Below, piece after piece: positions 37,064 to 47,187 of a stretch of DNA of 64,000 nt. How positions within the stretch are numbered: the stretch's first letter is position 1; each line of letters starts with the position of its first letter. The translations under genes were made by a program, and so were the position numbers. Source of the DNA: Myxococcota bacterium (GTDB lineage: Bacteria; Myxococcota_A; Bradymonadia; UBA7976; UBA1532); NCBI GenBank assembly GCA_036337435.1, contig JAYZEG010000041.1, forward strand, positions 102,711-166,710, written 5' to 3'. The notes beneath the pieces are model-generated. The model ran no database searches. It was not told where the DNA came from and saw nothing but the letters and a program-made list of their open reading frames with translations.

Positions 37064-38872
37064 ATGGCAATTGATTTCTTCGCTGTGCTTACTGAGGACT
37101 TAGCGAGTCCCATTCGACACCGTTTAAATCAGCTTGAAATTGATGCAGCGGTGTCGCTTGCACCGCCTACCCGTGCGGGCAGTGGAGATCTGTCTTTTGC
37201 TTGTCATTCGCTCGCGCGTTTCTTCAAGAAAGCACCACAGGTGATCGCTGAGGAGCTGGCCGCCTGTTTTGATGGTGAGCCGCGAATTGAAAAAGTAGAG
37301 GCTGTCAGTGGCTTCTTGAATCTTTACCTGGACTGGGCCCACGTTGCACCAGAGATCCTGAAATGGGGCTGGTCGGATGATGGTGCCTTGGGTTTATCGG
37401 ATACCCTTGCGGGCCGTCGTATTTTGGTTGAATACAGCTCCCCCAATACGAATAAACCGCTCCATTTGGGTCACTGCCGCAACATTATACTTGGTTCAAC
37501 TGTTGCTCGGCTTTTAAAGGCTGCTGGCGGTGATGTGATTCGAGTTAATCTGGTCAATGACCGTGGCATCCATATTTGTAAATCAATGGTTGCCTACCAG
37601 AATTTCGGCCAAGGGGCGACCCCAGAGAGTGCGGGTCTGAAGAGCGACCATTTCATCGGTCATTACTACGTACTTTTCGATAAAGCGATGAATGAAGAAT
37701 ACGTGGCTTATGCGCAGTCTATGAATGAGCCTATGGCCAAGGATGACTATTTTAACAGTGCTCTGAGTACCCTTGGGAGTCAGACTCGCCAGATGTTGTT
37801 GGATTGGGAAGCGGGCACGCCAGACGTGCGAGAGCTTTGGGCGAAAATGAATGCCTGGTGTGAAGCTGGCTTCGAGGAGACATACCAACGTATGGGCGTT
37901 GGTTTCGAGCGCGTCTATCACGAGAGCAAAACCTATCTCTTGGGAAAAGATCTCGTGGCAGAGGGTTTAGCTGACGGCACCTTTAAATATGCAGAAAACG
38001 GTGCTGTTGTCTTCGACCTGGAAACCATCGGTCTGAGTGGGGAAAAGGCTGTTTTGCGGGCCGATGGTACGAGTGTTTACGTCACCCAGGATATCGGCAC
38101 TGCGGTTAAGCGATTCGAAGAGTATGAATTTGATCAGATGGTCTATGTCACGGGGAATGAACAAGATCATCACTTTCGAGTCCTGTTTGGAATTCTAGAA
38201 ACCCTCAAACCAAATTATCAGGGAAAACTGAAGCACCTGAGCTATGGCATGGTAGAGTTGCCAGATGGCAAAATGAAATCTCGCGAGGGCACTGTAGTTG
38301 ACGCAGATGATCTCATGGATGAACTCCAAGAGGCCGCTGCGAATGCGGGCCGGTCTCGTTGGCCGCATCTCACCGAAGAGCAACTGTTTACGCGGGCGGA
38401 AGCGATTGCTCAGGGTGGCCTAAAATACTTTTTACTCAAGTACGCTCCCGTGACAACCTTTGTATTCGACCGTGATCGTAGCATCAGTCTCGAGGGAGAG
38501 ACTGGAGCCTACTGTCAGTATGCCTATGCGCGAGCGACGAGTATGCTCCGCAAGCTAGACGAAGCTGACGCGGGTATTACCCCTGACTACCGAGTGCTGT
38601 CCCACGAACAGGCCCAAGCCGTTCTTAAAGCAATGCTGGCTTTTCCGACGGATGTTCGGACCGCGGCCCTCGAACTCAAGCCAAGCGTTTTGACGAAATC
38701 GACGTTCGAATTGGCCAAGTCGTTCGCCGCCTTCTACAATCACAAGGAATGTCGCGTCATAGGTGCTGAGCCTGCTGCGATGGCGGCCAGGGCGCAGCTT
38801 GTTCGCTGCGCGCGTCGAATGCTAGGAGCGGGACTCAACTTACTCGGCATGGCTGCCCTTGAGGAAATGTAA
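37064..38872 (+). CDS. argS: Arginine--tRNA ligase
   Basis: EYSSPNTNKPLHLGH (HIGH), KMKSREG, GAYCQYAYAR, C-terminal LEEM; GAGGAG RBS before ATG 37064. Confidence 0.98.
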   Translation: MAIDFFAVLTEDLASPIRHRLNQLEIDAAVSLAPPTRAGSGDLSFACHSLARFFKKAPQVIAEELAACFDGEPRIEKVEAVSGFLNLYLDWAHVAPEILKWGWSDDGALGLSDTLAGRRILVEYSSPNTNKPLHLGHCRNIILGSTVARLLKAAGGDVIRVNLVNDRGIHICKSMVAYQNFGQGATPESAGLKSDHFIGHYYVLFDKAMNEEYVAYAQSMNEPMAKDDYFNSALSTLGSQTRQMLLDWEAGTPDVRELWAKMNAWCEAGFEETYQRMGVGFERVYHESKTYLLGKDLVAEGLADGTFKYAENGAVVFDLETIGLSGEKAVLRADGTSVYVTQDIGTAVKRFEEYEFDQMVYVTGNEQDHHFRVLFGILETLKPNYQGKLKHLSYGMVELPDGKMKSREGTVVDADDLMDELQEAAANAGRSRWPHLTEEQLFTRAEAIAQGGLKYFLLKYAPVTTFVFDRDRSISLEGETGAYCQYAYARATSMLRKLDEADAGITPDYRVLSHEQAQAVLKAMLAFPTDVRTAALELKPSVLTKSTFELAKSFAAFYNHKECRVIGAEPAAMAARAQLVRCARRMLGAGLNLLGMAALEEM

Positions 38873-38880
38873 ATACGCTC

Positions 38881-39738
38881 ATGAGTCAAACGACCATTAC
38901 GACGAAATCAGAAACCATTATTGGTCGGTCTCTCGGTGGCTTCTACACCAGCCTCTTCATTCCGGAATACAAATCTCTTTTTGATGTAGGCACCGCTTTT
39001 CGAGCCGGGGCCTCCGCCAGAAATTTGTTTTTGAGCCATGCCCACGCTGATCACCTCGGTGCTTTACCGAGTCTGCTCGGTATGAGGGGCTTAATGGGCG
39101 TGAAAACCCCCTTGAGAATCTTTTTACCGGAAGAATTGGCTGATGATCTCCCTGCACTTCTCGACATATTTTCGAAAATGCATCGTTGGACGTTTGACGT
39201 AGAGCTGGTACCCCTCGGCCCGGGTGATATCAGCCACGTACATGGCGACCTATGGGTTAGAGCAATCAGAACATTGCATCCCGTCCCGTCCCTTGGGTAT
39301 GTCCTCTTTCGTCGGGTCAAAAAACTTAAAGTTGAGTATATGGAATTACCAGGAGCTGAGATTGGACGCCTCCGTCGCAGTGGCAATGAAGAGATATTCA
39401 ACGTCGTTGAACGTAAAGAATTTGCCTACTTTACCGATACTCTCCCCGATGTATTGAGCAGGAATCCCGACCTTTTTGATGTACGCACATTGGTGTTAGA
39501 GTGCACGTTTCTGAATCAAAAGAAATCCATTCAGGCTGCGAGGGCGGGATGTCACATTCACCTCGATGAATTACTCGGATTTTTTAGTGAATTTCGAAAT
39601 GAAGCAGTTGTATTGATGCACTTCAGCCAGTTATATAGTCCCGGTGATGTGAGAGAAATTTTTGATGCTCGATGTCCGCCGGACCAACGGTCCCGTTTCC
39701 ATCTTTTACTTCCCGATTCGAATCAATGGTGGGACTGA
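38881..39738 (+). CDS. rnz: Ribonuclease Z (short, TM-type), metallo-beta-lactamase fold
   Basis: SHAHADHLG, HPVPSLGY, KKLK.EY..LPG.EI flexible arm, AYFTDT, LECTF, HIHLDE, LMHFS. Confidence 0.8.
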   Translation: MSQTTITTKSETIIGRSLGGFYTSLFIPEYKSLFDVGTAFRAGASARNLFLSHAHADHLGALPSLLGMRGLMGVKTPLRIFLPEELADDLPALLDIFSKMHRWTFDVELVPLGPGDISHVHGDLWVRAIRTLHPVPSLGYVLFRRVKKLKVEYMELPGAEIGRLRRSGNEEIFNVVERKEFAYFTDTLPDVLSRNPDLFDVRTLVLECTFLNQKKSIQAARAGCHIHLDELLGFFSEFRNEAVVLMHFSQLYSPGDVREIFDARCPPDQRSRFHLLLPDSNQWWD

Positions 39739-39747
39739 CAGATACGC

Positions 39748-40200
39748 TCAGCCCCGGCTTCGTTCTCTCATGAGCCCCAACGCCATCAAAAGCCAGAGCC
39801 AGGACGATTTCGATTCAATTTGCCGGCAACCGTCTGCCGCAGCCTGTCGCGGAATGTCACCACTCATACACCAATTACATTGATCGAATGATTTGTCGGG
39901 GTCCGTCGTACATTGATCTTGTGCTTGGCATACACCGTCGGTTCCATCTTGTTGAATACAGAACGAGTCCGGCTCTAAGCCCCAACAACCATCCACACAG
40001 AGCAGACATTCGTTGACCAACGTGTTCTCAGGGTCATTGCACAGGGTATCGAGGACGCAATTCCCGTAAACAGGCCCTGGTAATTGACATGAATCTCCGT
40101 TTTCGGCGCCTTCGCAGGCAAAATAGGCGGCCGGCACGTTCGCCAGTGCCGGTAGCGGTAGACCAAGGATACAAATGAGCACCAAACGTTTTTTCATCAC
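39748..40200 (-). CDS. Small secreted Cys-rich protein with MYXO-CTERM-like sorting tail
   Basis: Signal peptide ALA; two Cys-rich repeats; C-terminal DGC...WLWLLMALGLMRERSRG. Confidence 0.7.
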   Translation of the reverse strand: MMKKRLVLICILGLPLPALANVPAAYFACEGAENGDSCQLPGPVYGNCVLDTLCNDPENTLVNECLLCVDGCWGLEPDSFCIQQDGTDGVCQAQDQCTTDPDKSFDQCNWCMSGDIPRQAAADGCRQIESKSSWLWLLMALGLMRERSRG

Positions 40201-40201
40201 G

Positions 40202-42517
40202 TCAATTCGCTCGAGTCAGACTTTGGTTTAAGGTTTTTAGCGGAAGAAGAGGAGACGGCTCCTCTGAACACAACAACCAAAGTTGATGCGCGGCTCGTGT
40301 CAGAACAACGTGCAGCAAATGTCGACTTTCGACTGTTTCCGGGTAATAGCGGGCCGTCGGTTCAAGGACAACGATGTAATCGTACTCAAGCCCCTTTATT
40401 TGATACACATCGGTCACATCGACACCGGGTGTGAAGTCAAAATCCTGCTTCTGCACGAGCCGAAGGTCTGGGACTTCAGCTCGACGGAGCGCATCGTAGT
40501 ATAAGCGTGCGACGGACATGTTTCTCGCAACAAGCGCAACGCTTGAACGCCGCTCTCGCGTGCGTAGGCTTTTGAGAGCGTCTGCTAGAAAAGCCACTGT
40601 CTCACCCTGCTCATCAAATCGAATCAGTTCAACCGGCGCACCGTCTCTCGCGTCGCGCACAGCCATATCATCGGCTAAGTCTCCAAGGACTAGACGCGCT
40701 AATTCCATAACCTGACGTGTTGACCGATAACTTACGGCCAGCGGTGGTAGAATCGAGGCTCTCACTCCGATCTGTTCGATGAGGGTCTCCCAATGTCCAA
40801 AGCCCGCATCAAGATACAAGCGTTGTGCCGTGTCTCCAGCCAGTGTGACGGGCGCACCTGGTTTGGCCGTCTGACAAAGAACCTTAATTGCTAATGGAGA
40901 GAGATCTTGTGCTTCATCGACGATGACATGTTCCATTGAAACAAATCGACCATTGGCACCTTCGAGTCGACCATGCTTAAGTTGGCAAATGTGAAGGATT
41001 ATCGCCCAATCATCCGTATCCAGGCGACCCTGGATTTCGCCGGCAAAGATGGATTGGCCATCAATTCCTCGACCATGGTCTCCCAGACCTCTTGTATCGT
41101 TTGGATCATCAGATTGCTGTGATACTGAGCTGACAAGTTGATCGACTTCCCATTTGTAATAGTCCACCCCCAGCGAGTCGAGGCTCTAAATAATGTTATT
41201 TCGGTCCGTGAGTGTCTGAGCCGAGGTTTCAAAGGGGTCGCCAAGATCTTTGGATGCTTCCTCAAAAAGTCTCTTAAAGTCGTACGATCTTGAGTCGACC
41301 ACGTTGCGGCCTGGTCCGGTGGCCCACTTCTTGACGGCATGAAGACGCTGCATCGGGGGCAGTGTACGACGCTTAACCCAAGCATCCAGGAGAGCAGCCC
41401 CTCCGACTCGCCTGAATTCGGAGTCAAACTCTCGCGCCTGTTCAGATACCGCTGTTTTGAGCAGTTTCAGAAGTGCCGGATGCCGTTTAAGTCGTCGTGC
41501 ACCCAGCGGAGTATCGTCCGTCGTTTTACGTTTTCTGAGTTGCGGCACGAGCCATTTGGCGGTTGAACTTGCCCATTCAGCGAATGTTCGAATGCGCACA
41601 CCCTTGATATCGAGGGCCGGAAGGACCTTCGAAACATATTTTCGTAGGCCTTCGCCAGGGGTGATAACCAAGATCCGTTGAGGTTGAAACCGCTTGCGGT
41701 TCTGGAAACATAAATATGCAATTCGATGCAATGCAATGGTGGTTTTTCCGGTGCCTGCCCCACCACGGATAACGATAATTCCGCTGTCGCTTTGGGTGAT
41801 CAATCTGAACTGTGCAGGGTCAATGAGTGCGGTGATCTCGGGGAGGCGTTGGTCTGCACCAGTCCGTCCAAGGCGACGATCAGGTGCTCTGATGGCGGTT
41901 TGCGCACCGCCCGCCAGCCGGCTTCGTTCATCACTTTGTCTGAGCCAATGGCCATTGGCGTCTCTCAAAAGGACCCGGTCTCCAGACCGGATGCGGGAAA
42001 TCTGCCCCTCATTCACGGTGAGTGTCCGTCGCAAGTCCACATGTCCGCGCTGCAATTGCTTTGCGAATGTTTCCTCGTAGTCATCGCCTTCGTCGTAGCA
42101 GTAGTAGATTCGACTGATGGGCGAATTTCGCCAGTCGACGATTTGGACATTTCGCTGAGTGTCAATAAAGGAGCGACGACCGATGACAACCTCTCTGATT
42201 CGCTCTTGACCTTGGTGTTTGTCGGTCAGACGAATATGGGCAAAATAGGGACTTTTCGGGTCTACGGGCGCCTCATACTCACGATTTTGAGCGGCTCGCA
42301 ATGCAGATAGGCGCGTCATATGTTCGACAAGCATGGCTTGGTCTTCCAAGCGAGCTTCGCTCAATTGGTCTCTCAATTCGAGAAGTTCGTGGTCATAGTC
42401 CGTCGATGAGTTTGGCTGGGAAATGACGTCGGCTAGCTGTTCTTGAATATGTTTGAGCAGACGTTCTTCGTCCTCGATTATGTCTAATTCAGGCTTGTCT
42501 AGACTTACCTCAGTCAT
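40202..42517 (-). pseudogene. helD: HelD-like SF1 helicase/RNA polymerase recycling ATPase interrupted by one in-frame TAG (41186-41188)
   Basis: PYFAHI, IGR, IVDWRNSPIS..YY, GGAGTGKTTIALHRIAYL in the 5' ORF; IVDEAQD, AGDTAQ, SYRST, KGLEYD, VVLTRA in the 3' ORF. The two ORFs are in the same frame: ...NII*SLDSLGVDYYKW... Confidence 0.75.
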
Positions 42518-42769
42518 CTGTTCTCCCCAGCAATACATGCATCAGCAGAAACGCTTTGATGCTGCCCGGCCCCTCATCCAATCCGCCGTCGTCTTCTGAG
42601 TGTAGCAGGAACCGACGAATTCAAAACCCCCCCAAAGAACCATTTCCCGACTAATTGTCTAATTCGACGCGGTTTTAGCTGGATGTGCTTGCGACTCGCG
42701 ATCACACGACTTAACGTGCGCTTGTAAATTTCGGCCTCTATTCTCAGTAATTGGCAAAAGGTGGGCAAA

Positions 42770-44692
42770 ATGGGCGAACAAAACGTGCATGAGCTTGATG
42801 ATAAAAAGCGAAAAGCTTTTACCAAGGCTTTACTGAACGATGTTCGGGCACTCGAAATGATGCTCGAACAAGGTCTCTTTGAAACGGGGATCCGCCGAAT
42901 TGGTGCTGAGCAAGAAATGTTTCTTATCGATGAGAATCTAGCCGCGGCCCCCATTGTGATGCAGCTCTTAGAGCGATTGGATGACCCTCGGCTGACGACT
43001 GAGCTGGCCCAATACAACCTTGAAGCGAATCTAGACCCTCAAGTCTTTGGGCAAGGGTGCCTTCGCCAGATGGAAAGTGAGTTGAAAGACGTCCTCGAGA
43101 CAGTTCGAGACGGCGCGGCTGCCTTTAATTCGGACATCCTCTTGGTAGGGATTTTACCGACCCTCAGGCGGTCAGATCTAGACCTGGACAGCATGACGCC
43201 GAAACAGCGGTACTTCGAGCTCAACCGTGTCATGAGGCGCTTGCGCGGCGATGAGTTTAAGGTGCAAATCAAGGGTATTGATGAATTTCACCTGAGTCTC
43301 GGCTCAGTTATGCTTGAGGCTGCGAATACAAGTTTTCAAATTCACTTTCAGGTCTCGCCTGATGAATTCGCGCCGTTCTACAATGTCGCGCAGGCAATCA
43401 GTGCCCCAGTCCTTGCAACGGCTGTTAATTCTCCATTGTTAATGGGTCGCCGCTTGTGGAGTGAGACGCGGATTGCGCTCTTTGAGCGGTCCGTTGACAC
43501 TCGTTCGGAGTTGCAGTCTGGTCGCGGACTTCAGCCAAGAGTTCACTTTGGAGATCGATGGCTAAAGGACTCTATCCTTGAAATTTTTCAGGAAGATATT
43601 ACCCAACATCGCTCCGTGCTCGCGGGCGACCTAACCGAAAATGCATGTGAGTTGCTGAGGGCCGGACAGATACCTCAACTCAACGCACTTCGGCTTCATA
43701 ACGGAACTATCTATCGCTGGAATCGACCCTGCTACGGTGTCAAAGACGGGGTGGCGCACCTTCGAATTGAGCATCGCGTACTCCCCGCGGGTCCGACCGT
43801 CGTTGATGAAGTCGCCAATGCAGCATTTTTCTTTGGATTGATGGCATCACTGACACATGATTCGAAGCCAATCGCTGAGGTGATGGAATTTGAGCATGCA
43901 AAGAGAAACTTTTTCTCGGCCGCGCAAACTGGACTTGATGCTCAATTTACGTGGATTGGCGGTAAGACCTTTACGGCAGGACATTTGATCACCGAGGAAC
44001 TCCTCCCGAGTGCGAGAGAAGGTTTGCTCCAAACCGGAATTGATTCCGCAGATGTGACTCGCTATCTCGATGTGATCGAGGAACGGGTAGCAAGCCAGCA
44101 AACGGGTGCTCAATGGGCGTTGGGATCTGTGATTGGTATGGGTCAACGGGGAACATCAGACCTGCGGTCAAGGCAGGTGACCGCCGCGATGTTGCAGCAT
44201 CAGCGGTCCGGTAAGCCAGTTCACACATGGCCACTCGCCACTCTCGCCGACGATAAGCGCGACAAGAACTGGCGCTCAAGCTATCAAACTGTTGGTCAAA
44301 TTATGACCACAGACCTGTTCACGGTTCAGCCGGGTGACATTGTCGATTTGGCTGCGAGCGTGATGGAATGGTCGCATGTCCGTCATGTTCCCGTCGAAGA
44401 TGAGTCCGGTCAGTTGGTTGGACTCTTGTCGCATTGGGATCTACTTAGACTGATCGCGAGGGGCTCATCTGGAGATATGATTGAGGTTGGCACTGTCATG
44501 CGACAGGATCCGGTCACGGTTGAACCTCAATTTAGAACCATTGATGCCATCCACCTCATGCGATCCAGGCAAGTTGCTTGCCTACCCGTGGTGCAAGACG
44601 GCAAGCTCGTCGGGATGATCACCGAGCGAGATTTGATCATCGTATCTTCAAAACTACTCGAAGATTTCTTGCAGAAAACCGATAGCAACTAA
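42770..44692 (+). CDS. Glutamate--cysteine ligase family 2 protein fused to a CBS pair
   Basis: IGAEQE, TTELAQYNLEAN, TSFQIH, SETRIALFE, HNGTIYRWNRPCY, RIEHRVLPAGPT; C-terminal two CBS domains. Confidence 0.9.
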   Translation: MGEQNVHELDDKKRKAFTKALLNDVRALEMMLEQGLFETGIRRIGAEQEMFLIDENLAAAPIVMQLLERLDDPRLTTELAQYNLEANLDPQVFGQGCLRQMESELKDVLETVRDGAAAFNSDILLVGILPTLRRSDLDLDSMTPKQRYFELNRVMRRLRGDEFKVQIKGIDEFHLSLGSVMLEAANTSFQIHFQVSPDEFAPFYNVAQAISAPVLATAVNSPLLMGRRLWSETRIALFERSVDTRSELQSGRGLQPRVHFGDRWLKDSILEIFQEDITQHRSVLAGDLTENACELLRAGQIPQLNALRLHNGTIYRWNRPCYGVKDGVAHLRIEHRVLPAGPTVVDEVANAAFFFGLMASLTHDSKPIAEVMEFEHAKRNFFSAAQTGLDAQFTWIGGKTFTAGHLITEELLPSAREGLLQTGIDSADVTRYLDVIEERVASQQTGAQWALGSVIGMGQRGTSDLRSRQVTAAMLQHQRSGKPVHTWPLATLADDKRDKNWRSSYQTVGQIMTTDLFTVQPGDIVDLAASVMEWSHVRHVPVEDESGQLVGLLSHWDLLRLIARGSSGDMIEVGTVMRQDPVTVEPQFRTIDAIHLMRSRQVACLPVVQDGKLVGMITERDLIIVSSKLLEDFLQKTDSN

Positions 44693-45005
44693 GCACACAG
44701 GTCGCCAAACCATACTGGGTTTGTGCTAGCTAAAGATCGGTCGTCTCGTCTTTCCTGTGCTCGACTCAGACCCTTGGACAGGCATATGGTTTTGGTTGGA
44801 CAAGCGATTTCTTAGTCCGTTTTTTTGCGTGAATCTCGATTCGAAAAACTCATTCATTTGAGTGCGGCTAATCGATTCAATTCACCCGCTCTTGGTGTTG
44901 CTGATGGTTTGATGAGGGGGGATAATCGAGTGATGACCATGCCTTGACTGACACCGCTGGTCGGTCATACCATAACCCACATAAGTCCGGGGGGGACCCG
45001 CTAAT

Positions 45006-45740
45006 TTGCGATTTGATATAGCCGTTTTTTCTCTGTTTGTTGTCTGTGGAGCCCCGCTCGCGCAGACCTCTACACAGAGCATCATAAAGGACCGAGTGCA
45101 GGCACTGGCTAAGGAGGCTTTCGAGACTCGTCAAACTGGTGATTTCAAGCGCGCGATTCTGCTTTACCGTCGTGCTTTCGAAATTAGCCCAATCCCTGAA
45201 TTGCTCTACAACATGGCCTTTATCTTCGAAACCAATTTGAGGGATTTATCGAGTGCGCGTGACCTGTACGGCCAATGCATAAAGCTACCTGATATCGAGG
45301 AGTCTCTGAAAGATAAGGCGCGTCAGCGTCTCGATGTCATTCGAGCCAAAATCATTGCCGAGGCACAGTTTAGATCAGAGCCTTCGAGCCTTGGTTATGA
45401 CGAAGATGTTCATCGGGTCAAGGCATCCATCAAGCACCCGGCACCCGTTTGGATTATGACGACCGGGGCCGTGGGCTTTGCAGCTGGACTGACCGTTGGT
45501 GCTGTCGCCCTATACAACGCAAATCGGGTTGGCAACATCACTCAGTTGGACGACAAAAAGAAAACCCAGTCACTTGCGGAATCACAAGCACTTGCAGCTG
45601 ACATTGTCCTATCAGCCAGTGCGGCCGTCGCTCTCACTGGTCTGATTTGGTTTTTTGTGAGTGACGAAGAGTCAAAGGCGACTGTGTCACCGACAATGGG
45701 TGTCGGCCGTATGGGACTCAATTGGAGAACGCGGTTTTGA
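45006..45740 (+). CDS. TPR protein with C-terminal hydrophobic hairpin
   Basis: Signal-like start; GDFKRAILLYRRAFEI...LLYNMA TPRs; two hydrophobic Gly/Ala segments and terminal beta-strands. Confidence 0.75.
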   Translation: MRFDIAVFSLFVVCGAPLAQTSTQSIIKDRVQALAKEAFETRQTGDFKRAILLYRRAFEISPIPELLYNMAFIFETNLRDLSSARDLYGQCIKLPDIEESLKDKARQRLDVIRAKIIAEAQFRSEPSSLGYDEDVHRVKASIKHPAPVWIMTTGAVGFAAGLTVGAVALYNANRVGNITQLDDKKKTQSLAESQALAADIVLSASAAVALTGLIWFFVSDEESKATVSPTMGVGRMGLNWRTRF

Positions 45741-47179
45741 AATACGCAGTTTTCATTTTGCTCGTCGCTGGATGTTCGAAAATTGTCGAATTTGAAAAAG
45801 AGTGCGACGCTGATTTTGACTGTCCAAGTTTCTTGATTTGCCAAGATGGTGCATGTGTTGAACCGGCCCCACCCCCGGCCGCTTGTCGCATTCTTTACGG
45901 CTTGTCCGATGATGCTCAATTTCATAATAAGTCGGCCCTGAGGATCGGGTTGATGATGCCTCGAAGCGGCGAATTCAAGTCGGACGGGGAAATCATGGAA
46001 AAGGTGATTGGTACCGCCATTTTCGAAATCAACCAGACCATGGACGCGGGTGGTCAAAATTTCGTTGTGGTTGGGTGTGACTCGTCGGGGACATCAGATG
46101 AAGTCGTGACGCGTGCGACGTGGCTCATTGAGCAGGCCAGGGTGCCAATCCTGATAGGACCTATAGACGGAGATAAGGCTAGAGCTGTTTTCCGAAGGGT
46201 GGCGCAACAGAGTCGAGTGTTGCAAATCTTCCCACAGCTGCGTCCGGGTTCGGCTCACTTGCAGTCCGATGATGGCCTCTTGTTAAAACTGGTCGCTCCC
46301 GAGACGTCCCAATTCGAGGCAATGGTCAAAGTTTTAAATGCCAAGGGATATGAGAAAGTTGCAAGTTTGCGCCCTGACACTCATCAAGGAACGCACTCCT
46401 TTCAAAGTTTTGAAAGCGTTTATTGCGGACAAGTAGATTGTGAGAACAAACCGGTTCTCGACATAGTCTACGGAGCTTCGAGAGAAATTGGACGTGGATA
46501 TTTTGATGTATCCTCAATCGATTCGGCATTGCGTGCTTTTGGCCCTGAAGTGCTGCTCTTCTTAGGGACAGCCGACGAATTCATTACATTAGCCGAGCAC
46601 GAAGAGACCCTCGAAAGCCTCAATGGCCGGCCTCTTTTCGGAACGCACTACCTCCATGATGCCATGTCCTTGCAGTCGTTGGGTAGTCAAGGGCAATCTC
46701 TTGTCAATCAGCTCATTGGATTTCTGCCGTCTTCACTTGACGGCGATGCATATGGCGACTTTTCCGACTGGTTTTCAGCACGTTTCCCGGACATTCCTGC
46801 TCACTTAGGTTCAACCGCGGCATTCGATTCGATTTTCCTAGCCGCCTACCTCTATGCGTCGCAGGGTTCGTCAGGTGCCGTCGAGGGACCGGCCTTAGCA
46901 CGACAATTGTCCCGCATCACCCAGGGCGAGGAACCAATGCTGGTCGGATTGGAGTCTTTCGCTTCAACTCGGGAGGTTCTGCAATCGAATGGTGCCAGCA
47001 CCATCGATTTATTTGGGACAAGTGGCGCATTGGATTTCGAAGGTGATTACACCACTCGATCAGCAGTTGATGCATGGTATTACGATACAGCAGCGGGTCA
47101 GATTCGAATTCTAGGCGAAATCTTCTCAAGTAAATCTGAATATCAAGAGGGCGTAATTCCGGAGATTGGCACCAGGTAG
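45737..47179 (+). CDS. Lipoprotein with N-terminal Cys knot and periplasmic binding protein type-1 (LivJ/Peripla_BP_6-like) domain
   Basis: Lipobox LVAGC; ECDADFDCPSFLICQDGAC; IGLMMPRSG, AI.EIN, CDS, ILIGP, AFDSIFLAA, GTSGALDF. TTG start overlaps the upstream stop. Confidence 0.8.
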   Translation: MKYAVFILLVAGCSKIVEFEKECDADFDCPSFLICQDGACVEPAPPPAACRILYGLSDDAQFHNKSALRIGLMMPRSGEFKSDGEIMEKVIGTAIFEINQTMDAGGQNFVVVGCDSSGTSDEVVTRATWLIEQARVPILIGPIDGDKARAVFRRVAQQSRVLQIFPQLRPGSAHLQSDDGLLLKLVAPETSQFEAMVKVLNAKGYEKVASLRPDTHQGTHSFQSFESVYCGQVDCENKPVLDIVYGASREIGRGYFDVSSIDSALRAFGPEVLLFLGTADEFITLAEHEETLESLNGRPLFGTHYLHDAMSLQSLGSQGQSLVNQLIGFLPSSLDGDAYGDFSDWFSARFPDIPAHLGSTAAFDSIFLAAYLYASQGSSGAVEGPALARQLSRITQGEEPMLVGLESFASTREVLQSNGASTIDLFGTSGALDFEGDYTTRSAVDAWYYDTAAGQIRILGEIFSSKSEYQEGVIPEIGTR

Positions 47180-47187
47180 GTTATACT

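Noticed and set aside
41186..41188. Genome-wide TAG reassignment
   Set aside because: Many intact genes here end at TAG at their expected C-termini (e.g. gltA 22217, CAP 36961, tatT 58886, LMW-PTP 13940).
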